From: Podospora anserina
Taxonomy: Eukaryota
NCBI GenBank assembly: GCA_017654855.1
Contig: CM030332.1
Coordinates: 3,906,001 to 3,970,000 of the forward strand
Length of the DNA stretch: 64,000 nt
Direction of reading: 5' to 3'
Shown: positions 12,601 to 23,341 of the stretch, one piece after another
Layout of the letters: each line of letters starts with the position of its first letter
Numbering within the stretch: the first letter of the stretch is position 1
Notes under the pieces: model-generated
Told to the model about the DNA's origin: nothing
Database searches by the model: none
What the model saw: the letters and a program-made list of their open reading frames with translations, nothing else
Translations under genes and position numbers: made by a program

Positions 12601-12991
12601 TCTCCTCCTCATTATATTCCTGCCCCCCATTGCCCCCCCCATTCTCCCCCTCCCCATCCCCCTCATCCTCACTCTCGCCAACCAAAAGGTCACTCCCCCT
12701 CATCCCCTCAATATGCCCATTATTAACCACTATCCTCCCAGTCCTCAAATCAACCTCGTCCCCCACCCCCTCAAAATCCCTCCCGTACCTCTCAAAGATG
12801 CTCTCAAACGCCGTCTTGAGCTTGTTCACCGCCCGCTGTCTCGACCGTTCCAGCCTCGCATTCGGATCCCGTCTCGCGTTGACTTCTGACGGCAGCGACA
12901 AGAGTTCGTCTTCTAGTGGATCCTCCTCTACTTCTAGGGGGTTGTTGTTCAACGAAAGGGGGGGGCGCTTGCTCGGAGGGGGGCACTCCAT
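9650..12991 (-). CDS. Scm3-domain (CENP-A chaperone-like) protein, 1113 aa, with AT-hook and C-terminal Cys cluster
   Basis: RLERSRQRAVNKLKTAFESIFERYGRDFEGVGDEVDLRTGRIVVNNGH resembles the Scm3 domain; AT-hook RRPRGRPPK; terminal CEGGCGKVFCFGC; remainder disordered. Confidence 0.75.
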   Translation of the reverse strand: MECPPPSKRPPLSLNNNPLEVEEDPLEDELLSLPSEVNARRDPNARLERSRQRAVNKLKTAFESIFERYGRDFEGVGDEVDLRTGRIVVNNGHIEGMRGSDLLVGESEDEGDGEGENGGGNGGQEYNEEERLLHGVGDAQGLSRLGQDVMLPQMMGMNMGGGVMLPQMMGQSELAMGGGFGGWPGMMGQMGLSNMGFEGQMGPGVMFSGQMGGGMMFPGQMEGFSGWPVEYGPPIDLQTSDPTWQAPALPPSFMYRPAAMTDAPQVKKKRISLAAPRDEQGDNEDDVLLGVFTKDKGMETTETPIKQKLLLPKPPPDTGPEKKKRGPGKRKSKVGSDTPKESAHKDAEKDVAKAPSPPRDGVAMAEAESTPSKTDGVQPDVEIVTADISSPTTEPEPTATLVETESPKTPEQKPTVMAVRSRPPPVQDSVPAEDPDVYIYVSDSEHKSARKPRNQSLRVEIVAKTPLDISSFRAVTPEQSEADHPIPQEKDGEENVPPATMIPLAPEERETNHSTRPPAAESEIEANGQPEPPGELFTRHVVDAEYDLSDEDQPMQKTQRQPQKQAGASRKKDESLLRKTLRKPLGIVASDTNTSDKPHDVPMPDAGNLNPKDSSLENQADREDERVAVELKESSPQPAPPIIDTESSLPDIMVRPPQITEVIYTIGSEQTPWPNRRKGRPSFRGRDPRGEIPDSDPIGGFSTQEDLDDDVRPPSPSLSFNGDEETTLEIPDSYIEPSSEMGSVEEETPRNHTVPSPTLSSCAPGDEMLGPIASLSLQPQDTEMLDSAPIASSPGPAEISDPVPALSSQSQDGAVTDTTSSPLPGTPHDNINNMTLESIAITSSPLIFKPAQRKGDFHLRPSTPSYLTTPPRRPRGRPPKAKPTPPTIPATTPLSTISNTPTAAEPAKTPASKPPPTTVKPATTPTVTKPTKTPTSKRPAPSTKPTKTPTSKRPALSTKPTKTPTSKRPAPSTKPTKDPTSKPPPVSSSITPTAKRKRRSGVLSLLSDSEDDELAVLSPSVSSVTPIMRSSPASNHVRLFSTVSGTPRGTYLVKKPEGSARKGDKKESFMARVAVKRQVKRVKGGGEDKGKGGRCEGGCGKVFCFGCVRRGES
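10040..10212 (-). repeat. coding 45-bp tandem repeat (TKPTKTPTSKRPAPS x ~3.7) in the Scm3-domain gene
   Basis: Unit GTGCTGGTCGTTTTGATGTGGGCGTTTTGGTCGGTTT(A/G)GT repeats almost identically three times on the + strand. Confidence 0.9.
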
Positions 12992-13316
12992 CGTGGTAGT
13001 CGCATATCGTGGTGGACGTTGGGGTCGGGTGTGGTGGTGTCGCAGAGTGGAATTGGCCGATGGGTAGTCACGGATCTTAGGTTGTCATATCCGAGAAGGG
13101 GACGTCTCGCGCGCGCTGCAGCCACCCGTCGAGTCGTCGGTCGCGAAATTTAAACTTCAGTTAATTGCTCCTCGAAACCTTGAAAGTGACATGCTGCTCA
13201 GCGGAAATCAATTGGGAATTGATTGTTAACCGAGCAACGCGTGGGGCAAGTAATGGTCAGTGCGCGCTGAGCTTAATCCAGCACGGCCCCCCTTTTTGCT
13301 ATTCATACAAGACTTT

Positions 13317-15014
13317 TTATACAGTAAACATCACAGTAGCATTCTTATACCACGTCAACAGCGGATTCTCCCCGCTCTTCGTCTCCGTCTCCTCCAAATA
13401 CGCCCACCTCCGCATGAACTCCTCGTGAGACAACGACCGCGTCAGTTTGCCCGTAATAGCCTGGTACATCGCTTCCGACGTCTGAAAGTCAGTAGGAAAC
13501 ATGATGTCAAAGTACCCTTGATGAACCTAGAAACGCATCAGTATGTTTTGCCTGTCGTCAAACTGAGCAGCACATCACTCACCAAAGGCGTCGAAACCGG
13601 CACCGGCCTCCTCTGATACCTCGTCTGCACAATCGGCGCATTCAACCCCTTGATCGCCCCCGGCAACCAGTGGAAATCACTCGTCAGCAGCCGATGCGCA
13701 GGGAAATACTTCCCCAACACGTCAAAAAACTGCATCAACCTCGTCGGGATGTACTCCTGCTCGCTCAAGTTCCCAGGCAAGGGCCTCTGCTGAGACAGCC
13801 ACTTGCCAAACCTGCTTGTGGGGTACGGCACCTTGTACCTCCCGTCCGTAGCCACATCCCTCACGCGGAAGAAGCGGGCCGTGACTGGGTCCAAGTTGCG
13901 ACTGTAGAACTCGTAGTAGTCTCCCTTCCCATCGATCAAGACGGTTCCTTGAAGGGGAGCTTCGGTGGCCATGTCATACCGGACAACATCATGCGCAAAG
14001 TTGTCAAACACTTCAAAGGCGAGGAAGAAACATGGCGACGGCACTTTGGTCTTCCAGTCAAAGATGGACTGGTTGATGATTTCGACTTTTTGGGCGTGTC
14101 CACGAGCGTGGCTGTTTTTCAAGAGGTGGTTGTTTTGAATCGTGGCGAGCTGGGTGGAAATTTCAATGATTTTATACTGAGTGCGAGCATAGACGGCCGG
14201 GTCCACATCGCGAATGTAGTCTAGGATGTTGAGCATCAGGGTACCACGACCGGCACCCATTTCGTAAATGATCAAATCATGGTAGGGATAGGTGGTGAGT
14301 TTGTAGTTTGCGATCAGGTACCGGGCGATCGCTTCACCATAGTAAGGGCGGAAGAGTTCGGTAGGGGTATACCACAGCTGGCGTGTATCGGTTGGAGAGA
14401 CGGCGTCGAGGGCGTCTTCGAATTCGACGTAGCGTTTCGAAAGAATAGTTTGAAAATCGATTTCGTCGTGGAGGGAGGGGAAGTTGAAGGGCTCGCCAGG
14501 GGAGAAGATGACAACTTGTTTGGAGAAGTAACCGTAGTTGGGGTTGTACAGACTGTCTGGAGGATATGTCAGCTGTGCACAAACAGATGTAAGTACTTTC
14601 CCAATAGAACCAACCTTCAATAAAGTCCCGCATCAGCATCTTTACCCGGCGTGGCCGTTCCTTTCTGCTTCGGAGCTCATCGGCAGTGACCAGGGGGTAG
14701 CTCTCGAACTCCTTGGACATGTCCTCCTGAAACACCTCGCTCCGTTGTTGCCAGTTACTTTCATTGTGTGGATTCTTTGACGATTCTCCTCCTCTACCGC
14801 GAGCCACATAGTTTCGGTGTTGTTGTTGTTGTTGATGTTGTTGCCGTGGCGCACGGCAATGTTGGTAATGTTGTTGAAGCTCCTGAGCTTGAAGCCGTTG
14901 ACGTCTCACATTCCGCAGAGCTGTGGCCAGGGTCGCCAAGTTCCTTCGCGATTGGCAGGCAGGGTGATGTCTAAATAGCTGTCTAAACAAGTGAGTAACT
15001 GCAGGCGAGTCCAT
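13317..15014 (-). CDS. mitochondrial SAM-dependent methyltransferase, DUF185/MidA/NDUFAF7 family; introns 14557-14614, 13527-13582
   Basis: [39 protein letters not shown] (SAM motif I), LAFEVFDNF; Arg-rich N-terminal presequence. Confidence 0.88.
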
Positions 15015-15516
15015 TGTTCCGGAGTCGACCCCTAGAGGTCTGGTTGTGGCGTCGGTGGTGTCGTCGAGGGGTTTGGCGAGCTGTCCTGGACATTGAGCTC
15101 CATCCCTCCTTTGACAAGCAGCACCCGCGCAGTTCCCATTTTCGGGGGTCAACTTTTTGCGTTGGCCCGAGCTCCCATCATCAGCAGGGGTCTTCGGCCT
15201 TCAACGGCCTGGATCTGGCGGGGTTTAAAAAAGCGGCCCCCACTGAATCTCACGACATTGGAACGTTGGACCAGGGTTGAGAATTGGCTTCTTGGCGACG
15301 AAGCTTGAAAGCTCTCAATGACATCAACTCTATTTTTCTCTTTTCACGGTAACATTTGCAATTAGCTCTGGAGCTTCTTTTCATTTTGGTTCCTGAAGCC
15401 CTTGAGCTTCTGGTTTCTCGTGTTTGCTCTTCGAGGATGTCTTTATAATCTGCTTCCTCCTCCTCATCATTTCATGACCCTCTCATGAAGCAATGAGATA
15501 GATACCCCAAGTCAAA

Positions 15517-16899
15517 ATGTCTCTAAGCGACCACCCAAAAGCCTACGGCACCGCCGCCCTGACAGTAGCCTTCATAACCGGCATCTTCGTCACCCTCGGC
15601 TTCAAAGACCTCTACCCCGAACTCGAAAACCGCTACCAGCAACGTCTCAAACGCAACCGCCATGCCCGCAACTCGCTCGCCCGCTCCTCCACCGTCTCCT
15701 CCCGACGAGACTCCTTCCTCTTCAGCGGCCCCGTCTCCCTCGAAGACCGGGAATCCACCTTCACCACCATCGACCGCGGCCTCGGCATAGTCGACGGCAT
15801 AGCCGGCACGATAGGCAACACCCCCCTGGTCAAAATCCGCTCCCTCTCCGAAGCAACCGGGTGCGTCATCCTCGCCAAAGCAGAGTTCCTCAACGGCGCG
15901 GGGAACTCCCCCAAGGACCGTGTAGCCTTAAACATGATCGAAGTCGCTGAGCAGCAAGGCCTTTTGGTCCCCAACAGAGGTGACACCATCTACGAAGGCA
16001 CAGTAGGATCAACCGGTATCTCCCTCGCCGTCCTGGCCAGGGCGAAAGGGTACAAATGCCACATCTGCATGCCCTCCGACGTGGCGATCGAGAAATCTGA
16101 GCTCCTCCACCACTTGGGAGCTACGGTGGAACGTGTCACTCCTGCGCCCATCACGGACCCAAAACACTTTGTCAACCTCGCCCGCCAGAGAGCAAAGGAA
16201 CACACGTTGCGGACTGACACGGAAAGCCGCGGGTTTTTTGCCGATCAGTTTGAGTCGTTGGCTAACTACACGGCCCACATGAAGACCACGGGCCCGGAAA
16301 TCTACGAGCAGACGGGCGGGCTTATTGATGCGTTTGTTGCTGGTGCTGGAACGGGGGGGACCATTTCGGGGGTGACGAAGTATTTAAAGGAAGAGAAGAA
16401 GCTGACGAACCTCAAGGTTGTGCTTGCGGATCCTCAAGGGAGTGGGTTGTACAATAAGATTAGACATGGGGTGATGTACTCGCCCACGGAGAAGGAAGGG
16501 ACGAGGAGGAGACAGCAGGTTGATACCATGGTGGAGGGGATTGGGATTAACAGGATTACCGAAAACTTTGAGTCTGCCAGGTCGCTCATCGACGACGCCG
16601 TAAGGGTGACGGATATCCAAGCTCTTAAAATGGCGAGGTGGTTGGTGGAGCATGATGGGATTTTTGTCGGGAGTTCGAGCGCGATCAACTGTGTTGCGGC
16701 GGTGATGACCGCGCTGAAGATGCCGAAGGGGAGTCAGGTTGTGACTATTTTGTGTGATAGTGGGAGTAGGCATTTGAGCAAGTTTTGGAAGAGCGTGGGG
16801 GAGTTGGGGTTGGAGGTTAATGGGGAGGATGAGGAGAGGGGGGGGGAGGGGGAGGGTGACATTGTTGAGGTTTTGGGGTTGGGGAAGGGGAGGCAGTAA
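15517..16899 (+). CDS. cysteine synthase 2-like PLP enzyme (yeast MCY1 / S. pombe cys12 type), N-terminal membrane anchor
   Basis: IGNTPLV, KAEFLNGAGNSPKDRVA (PLP lysine), EGTVGSTGISLA, GAGTGGTISG, VGSSS, CDSGSRHLSKFW. Confidence 0.93.
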   Translation: MSLSDHPKAYGTAALTVAFITGIFVTLGFKDLYPELENRYQQRLKRNRHARNSLARSSTVSSRRDSFLFSGPVSLEDRESTFTTIDRGLGIVDGIAGTIGNTPLVKIRSLSEATGCVILAKAEFLNGAGNSPKDRVALNMIEVAEQQGLLVPNRGDTIYEGTVGSTGISLAVLARAKGYKCHICMPSDVAIEKSELLHHLGATVERVTPAPITDPKHFVNLARQRAKEHTLRTDTESRGFFADQFESLANYTAHMKTTGPEIYEQTGGLIDAFVAGAGTGGTISGVTKYLKEEKKLTNLKVVLADPQGSGLYNKIRHGVMYSPTEKEGTRRRQQVDTMVEGIGINRITENFESARSLIDDAVRVTDIQALKMARWLVEHDGIFVGSSSAINCVAAVMTALKMPKGSQVVTILCDSGSRHLSKFWKSVGELGLEVNGEDEERGGEGEGDIVEVLGLGKGRQ

Positions 16900-17251
16900 G
16901 TAGAAAATGGGTATATGTGAGGGATGCAGATGTGAGAATGATGATACCCCTTGTTCATTGTGTGTGTATATGTGGCACAACGTTGACTGTGACCAGAAAG
17001 ATGAGTAAAAAAAATTACGACTCTTGTTCTTCAGTCATTGGCTAGGCATTAGTTCTCAAAACTCTCAGCCTCACCACAACTATCATCAGTAATACTCCCG
17101 GCTTTCTCTTCAACATTGACCATTATATTATTCTTTCCTATTTTTCAATATGTATTCTTAAAATAATCCACAATAATCTACAGAATCATGCCACCCAACT
17201 TTGTACAAGGACGACACCACCCAAAAATGCATTTTTGCCACCCATTTATTT

Positions 17252-18478
17252 TCACTCAACATAGCTCCCCTTGTGATCCCTATGACCGCTTTGACGACGT
17301 CTTCCCTCATGATCCACCCACACGTGGAAAGGTTCGTTATCATGCTGTTTCCTTCCGTGATTGGACTCCCTGTGATGAGCGTTGTTTCTTTGCGTCTGCT
17401 GATAATCTCCACCATGACGGCTGCCATTGTTGAATCCCTCACGATGATGCCGCCCGTTGCCACTATGGTCGTCGTCATACCGCTGCTGGCCATAACCATG
17501 GCGACCGTTGCTGTTGTAACCTTTCTCACCAAAGTGGTAGCCGTTGTCTCCACCGCGATTTCCTCCGCGGTTATTGCCATATCCACCAGGAAGCTCACCG
17601 CTGGGTAGGAAGCCGGGTTGTACTCTAGGACGATCAGATTGCTGCTGCTGCTGCTGTTGCTGAGGGCGGCGGTGGTAATCAGGACGAGGTTGTGCATATT
17701 GAGCTTCGCGGTGAGGACGTTGAGGTTGGTGCTGCTGTCCCTGCTGTCCCTGCTGTCCCTGCTGTCCCTGTTGCCCCTGCTGCCCCTGACGTCCACGATA
17801 CTCCCCCTCCTCATACCTCTGAGACCCGTAATTCGGTCTAGGCCAATACCCAGAAAACTTCGGCCTCCCCTGACGCCTCGCCCCCCCTTCCTCCTCCTCG
17901 TCCTCCTGCTCCTCCTCCTTCTTCTTTTTCCCCTCAGGCTTCTTCTTCCTCTCCTTCCCTCCCCACCTCCACTTCTTTGCTTCCTCCTTCCCACCTTTCC
18001 ACTTCCACTCCTTCTCGCCCCATTTCCACCCCTTCCCCTTTTTTACTCCCTCCTCCTCCTCCTCCCTCTCCTCCTTCTCCTCCTCCTTTTTCTTACCCTG
18101 CCTATGCACACTATGATCACTCTTATCAACCGTGATCGGATCACAAACACTAATCCCGATACAAATGATATTTTGCGGTTTCTGGTTGTCATTCTTCTTC
18201 TGGCCGCTGTTCTTGCTGTTGGCTGCCCGCTCGGCTAGGCGGTCGATGAGCCGGTCGATGAGGGCGTCTAGGTTTGGGTCTTCCATGTTCTTGTCCTCCA
18301 AGACTTTTATTTTTGTGAGGAGGGATTGGATTTCGGAATCAAAGGCGGGGTCGGGGGGAAGGTTTTGGGAGTGGTAGTTTGAGATGGCTCGGGAGGCGGT
18401 TAAGGAGGGGGAGAGGGCGATGGGGGTGGCGAGGATGTGGAGGGAGAGGAGGAGGGTGAGGAGGGTTTGGGTGCGCAT
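17252..18478 (-). CDS. putative secreted low-complexity protein (K/E-rich middle, G/Q/N/H/R-rich C-terminus)
   Basis: ATG at 18478 gives signal peptide MRTQTLLTLLLSLHILATPIALS; open frame to 17252; no recognisable family. Confidence 0.6.
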   Translation of the reverse strand: MRTQTLLTLLLSLHILATPIALSPSLTASRAISNYHSQNLPPDPAFDSEIQSLLTKIKVLEDKNMEDPNLDALIDRLIDRLAERAANSKNSGQKKNDNQKPQNIICIGISVCDPITVDKSDHSVHRQGKKKEEEKEEREEEEEGVKKGKGWKWGEKEWKWKGGKEEAKKWRWGGKERKKKPEGKKKKEEEQEDEEEEGGARRQGRPKFSGYWPRPNYGSQRYEEGEYRGRQGQQGQQGQQGQQGQQGQQHQPQRPHREAQYAQPRPDYHRRPQQQQQQQQSDRPRVQPGFLPSGELPGGYGNNRGGNRGGDNGYHFGEKGYNSNGRHGYGQQRYDDDHSGNGRHHREGFNNGSRHGGDYQQTQRNNAHHRESNHGRKQHDNEPFHVWVDHEGRRRQSGHRDHKGSYVE

Positions 18479-19693
18479 GGTTGGGGGATGGGTGGTGTGG
18501 TGAGTCGGGGTGGGCTGGTGGTTTGAAAGCTGCTGGAGGTGTATTATACTGACATCCTTGATCTCTGCTCTGGGAATGTTCTGTTTTAAGATCTGAATGT
18601 CATCTCCGGGCGTTTGGACACCTATCTTCAACGGCTACTCAACCTCCATCTCCGTTGTCAACGCCAGTAACGGCAAAGCCGCCTTCACCGTGTCGCGAGC
18701 ATGACATCTCCAGAGCTAACGGTTGTCGTGACCTTTTGATAACGATTCAACGGTCATCCCAACGTCCCCAACAGTCGTCCCGTTGCCAGGCGACCACAAC
18801 CTTGGGTCGGAAAGGCGAGGGCACTGAATCGAGGTGATTACCAAGCGAGCAAGATTCCGAAATGGTTGACGGACAAAAGTCAAATTTATTTCTGGTCCTG
18901 GCGCCAGAATAAGGTGAAGAAAATGGCTCAACTCTTGACTGATAGATGTGACAGATCACTGGGGAAGAATCCTCACCGGTGTGGACTATGTATGCTCATG
19001 GACTCATGCCAAGCCGTTCGCTCTTGCTAAACATGTCTTGCCCCTTTCACAAGGCATGTGGATAAAGGATAGCGGTCCTGGGCGGTTCTAATCGAGGCAG
19101 GAGCGGTCCGTATGCAGATCTATAGACAGACGTTCATGATGACACCTGCATTCTAGCAACACTTATTCATCTTGCAAAGACACTTGTCAACTATCATCTT
19201 GACGGACATCCCTTTTGAGAGCTCCGTCTCATATTCTGGCATGTGGCCATTCTTTCAATACGAGCTGTTGTATCGCCCTGTTGGTGATGATTAGGGACGG
19301 ACTCCTCGTTCAACCCAGTTAGACCAGTTTTTGAGTCATACCAGATGCCCCAGATCATCGATGCTCTCGACTGTGAGCTCACCCACCTTTCACCGTCCCA
19401 GACCCGTTCAGCCCCGGACTCTCACCCAACAATTCAGCCCCCGCCGTTCACATACTAACATGATTCGAGAAGCGTGCTATTCCCCTGAATCGGTCTTGAT
19501 CATCGTTGACCAAAGACGGTGAAGACCGTGATTATGATGAGGCAAAAACGTTGCAACCCCGTAGCCCGTTGATGTATAAAGTGACAGTTGACACCCTCTC
19601 AATCAGCAGCACCCTCTCAACTCATCCACCGGCTTCCATCCGCCTTCGTTCCCTAAAAACAAGAAAACACGCTCATTAGCTTCCATCTTCGAT

Positions 19694-20654
19694 ATGCATA
19701 TCAGAAAGATCTCCGCCATCATCGCCCAGGTCAGCCTGACGTCGGCCAGTGTTCTGGCTGGACACGACATGGGGTAAGCTCATTTACAATCACCACAACA
19801 CCCGCCACATACTGACCCACCCCCTCAGCAAGCGCGACAGCTGGGAAGACGCCAAAGCATTCGCACTCCCCAAGGCAAGCGAGGCAGCGGCCAAGTTCAA
19901 CGCCGCCCCCGAGGCCATGATCACCCCCTCCCCTGTTGTTTCGAAGCGCCAGTTCTTCGGCGGCATCCGTCCAGACGCCGAGTTCGAAATCAGCCGCCAG
20001 CAAGGTCTCGCCGCTGCCCAGGCCGCCCAGGAGCGCGTCGACAGGCTCACCAATGACTTCAACTCACGCTTCCCTCCCTTCTTTCCCGGGTTCCGCAACA
20101 ACGGCTACAACAACAAGCGTGGCGACGATATGGACCAGGGCCAGCAGTACAATGATGACCCTGACCGGTGGGATGACAACAATGGGGTTTACCATTCGTA
20201 TTACTCTGGGGCTGCTGCGGGTTATGCCTCTGCTGCCAACGAAGGTGCTTACAAGGACGCCAACCAGGCTCAACAGGGCTGGCAGAGTGGTGCGCCTGAC
20301 TGGCAGGCTCATGCCTCGAGCTGGGCTGGTTATGGGGATTATGCTGCTGCTTCTGCTCATGGTCTGGCTAGTGAGGCGGTTGCTTCTGCGAATGGTGTTG
20401 CTGCTACTGCTGCTGCCGGGTATGGTGATGGGGACTGGGAGGGGGATGTTGCTTCTGCGCATGGCGTGGCTAGTGGTTATCAGTCTGAGTATTACCAGGG
20501 GGGTGTTGCTAGCCCTTCTGGGGTGCAGCCCACGGCTTCTGCTTCGCATGGTACGCAGATGGTGCAGGTTAATGAGGGGGCGGCTGGGGTGTCGGGGGGG
20601 AGGGCGGTGGGGGTCGTTGTTGGGGTGGCGGGGGTTGTTTTTGGGATGTTGTAA
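19694..20654 (+). CDS. secreted, probably GPI-anchored Ala/Gly-rich protein with Kex2 (KR) sites; intron 19774-19828
   Basis: TATAAA ~19576; exon 1 MHIRKISAIIAQVSLTSASVLAGHDMG is a signal peptide; GTAAGC..CTGAC..CAG intron restores frame; C-terminal small residues plus hydrophobic tail NEGAAGVSGGRAVGVVVGVAGVVFGML. Confidence 0.8.
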
Positions 20655-21056
20655 GCTCTGGGACGGGGGTCGTTCTGTCAAGGGGAAGAAGAGGAGCTTC
20701 GATACCCCTAGGTGGTGGCTTCTCTCTCTCTTTCGTTGGGAGGGGGGTTGGTGGGGGAAGTAGGCAGGTATGTGTGTCCTTCGCTTTTTTCTGTGCTGGA
20801 TATTTTTTCTCCGTGATCCCAACTGTATAGAAAGTTGGTGCTATAAAGCGGGAAATAAGATTGGGTTTAGATTGGGGTAATAATTGGTGGGGATTTTATA
20901 GACTTGTAAAGTAGTTTGGTGGTGAAGAGTAGGGTAGTAACACTTTTGTGTTTCGAATCCTTTCTCATCTGCATCCAACAGTGGTGAAAGAGATCTTCTA
21001 TGATTGGAGTGTACAAGATATCTTACATCTGTTTCCACCTTATCCAATACCTTTTC

Positions 21057-23341
21057 TCATTCCTTCTTCTTCTCCTCCTTGGGTCTAAAAGCCAAATGAT
21101 ACGTCCCCAACTCCTCACTAGTAATCTTGCCCGGCGACCTGACCGTCAAATCCTCCCCTTTCATACTCTTTGGAAAAGCAATCACATCCCTTACTGAGTC
21201 TGTCCCTGTGAGCACCGCACAGAGCCGATCAAACCCCAACGCGAACCCTGCGTGTGGCGGACACCCCGCTCTTAACGCTTCGAGTAGATGAGAGAATTGC
21301 TTGACACCCTTGTCGGACATTTTGAGAATTTCCCTAAAGACATACTCCTGCATTTTCGCCGTGTGGATCCTTCTCGACCCACCACCTAGCTCAACCCCGT
21401 TGAGGACGAGGTCGTAGTGGTCTGCCCTTGCGGCTAGGGGGTTGGTAACCATCAGCTCGACGTCTGCGTCGGTTAGGGGGGCAGTGAAGGGGTGGTGTGT
21501 TGCGCTGAAGCCTGATCGGCCTCCTTGGCCCGGGTCGGTTTCGGTGTTGGGTGTGAACATGGGGAAGTTTTGGACCCAGAGGAAGTTGAACTGATGAGAG
21601 GGGGGGAGGAAGCCAGAGGTGACGGCGGAGGAGTATAAAAGGGTGCGGATTTGGCCTAGGGCGGTGGAACCACCTGAAAAGGGGGTGGGAGGTCGGGCTT
21701 GGAAAAAGATGACGTCGCCTGAGGTGAGGGAGGGGTAGAGGTTGGTTATTGTTTCGAAGCCGGAGTGGGAGAGGGGGGAGAGACCCATTAGGGGTTTGGA
21801 GGTGTCGATTATTAGGGCGGCGGGTTGGCCGTTGGGGTTGAGGGAGAAGAGGGCGGGGGGGAGGGTGGAGAGGAAGGTGTGGATGAAGGTTGTTGTGTCC
21901 CGGATGGAGGGGGAGGAGGAGGTGGTGGTGGTGGTGGTCGGGGTGAAGAGGAAGGTGTCGATTGTGGGGGAGGGGAGGGGGGAGATCATGGAGGTGAAGG
22001 ATTCGGGGAGGGGGACGTTGGGGGTTATTTCAAAGGGGATGCGGGTGTCGGGCTTGTCGACGCCGAAGCGGGACATGGCTTCTTCGTAGGTGATTCGGGG
22101 GAAGGGTTTGTCTGATACAGGCCAGGGGTTGGAGGATGGGTCGGAGGAGGGGGGGGTGCGTCTGGGGACGGGGTAGCGCTCCTTGGTGTCGGATTGGACG
22201 AGTTCGAATTGGGAGTTGAGGGACTTCATGAGGTCTTTCATGATAGACTCGACTGTGCGCATGACGTCTTGGCCGGTGGCGAAGGACATTTCGAGATCCA
22301 ACTGTCAAGGGGGCATTAGATGGTGTTGTGGTCAAGTCAAGTCTGCAAAATTCACCTGGGTAAACTCGGGCTGTCTGTCGGCTCTGAGGTCTTCGTCACG
22401 GAAGCATCTCGCAAACTGGTAGTACCCACGGATACCACTGGACATGAGAATCTGCTTGTACTGCTGAGGGCTCTGGGGAAGGGCGTATGCTAAACCAGCC
22501 CGTCGTGTTGGAACCAAGAACTCGCGAGCCCCCTCAGGCGTAGACTTGAAGAGGATTGGTGTTTCCACCTCGGTAAAGTTAAGATCGGTGAGGGACTTGC
22601 GCAGTTCATGGCCGATCTTTGGGCGTGCACGAATACGAGCCTGGAGAGCCTCATCGAAGCGGATCTGAAGGTGCCGGGCCGAGGGCGGGAACTGCACCCC
22701 CTTGGACACGATGATATCCTTGGGGAAAGCATTAAGAGGCTGAATATTCTGCAGAGAAATCTCGAGATGTGTGACGCCTTTGGGAAACGAGCCAGGAATA
22801 TCTCTTTGAGAGGAGGCAGACAAGTCTCGGTCGCCTTTTTGAGATACGACAGTTCCGGTCACTGCGACTGGACTGTGGAGAGGCAGAGCCCTAAGAGCGA
22901 GATGGGCCTCGTGTCCGGGAGGAGGGTTGGATTCATCACCGGGCTCGGAGTGGGATACAACCTGGATAGACGGCCCATTGTCGACTTGCACATTGGCAAA
23001 GATGAGCTTCTTGGACGATATCCTTCTCTGGGAGAGAAAGCCATGTACTGTGACTGTCTGGCCATTCACAAACTGGTTGGCACTGGACGCCTGGGGAAAG
23101 TGATCTTTATTCTACATCAGCCGAGGAACTATGAATGCTGGAACAGATATCTCTCCATACTATAGCTCGACCATTCTTCCCGAAGCTGCTGTGTGATATC
23201 ACTATGAGTGAACCGTTGAGGTACCCACGAGACACCTGATGGCCGGCGGATGAGTCGAGGCTGGAGAAAACTGGTGCACGGTCTGAGATTTGAGGGTCTC
23301 AAGCTGGTGAGACGTCTCATGGAAGGCCGTGAGAGGGCCAT
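21057..23341 (-). CDS. MSD1: mitochondrial aspartyl-tRNA synthetase (bacterial-type); introns ~23105-23160 and ~22302-22355
   Basis: [95 protein letters not shown]; Arg/Ser-rich presequence; first acceptor uncertain. Confidence 0.95.

Noticed and set aside
17158-18238. Alternative-frame and antisense ORFs over the low-complexity secreted gene
   Set aside because: Produced by trinucleotide and 9-bp repeats that lack stops in several frames.
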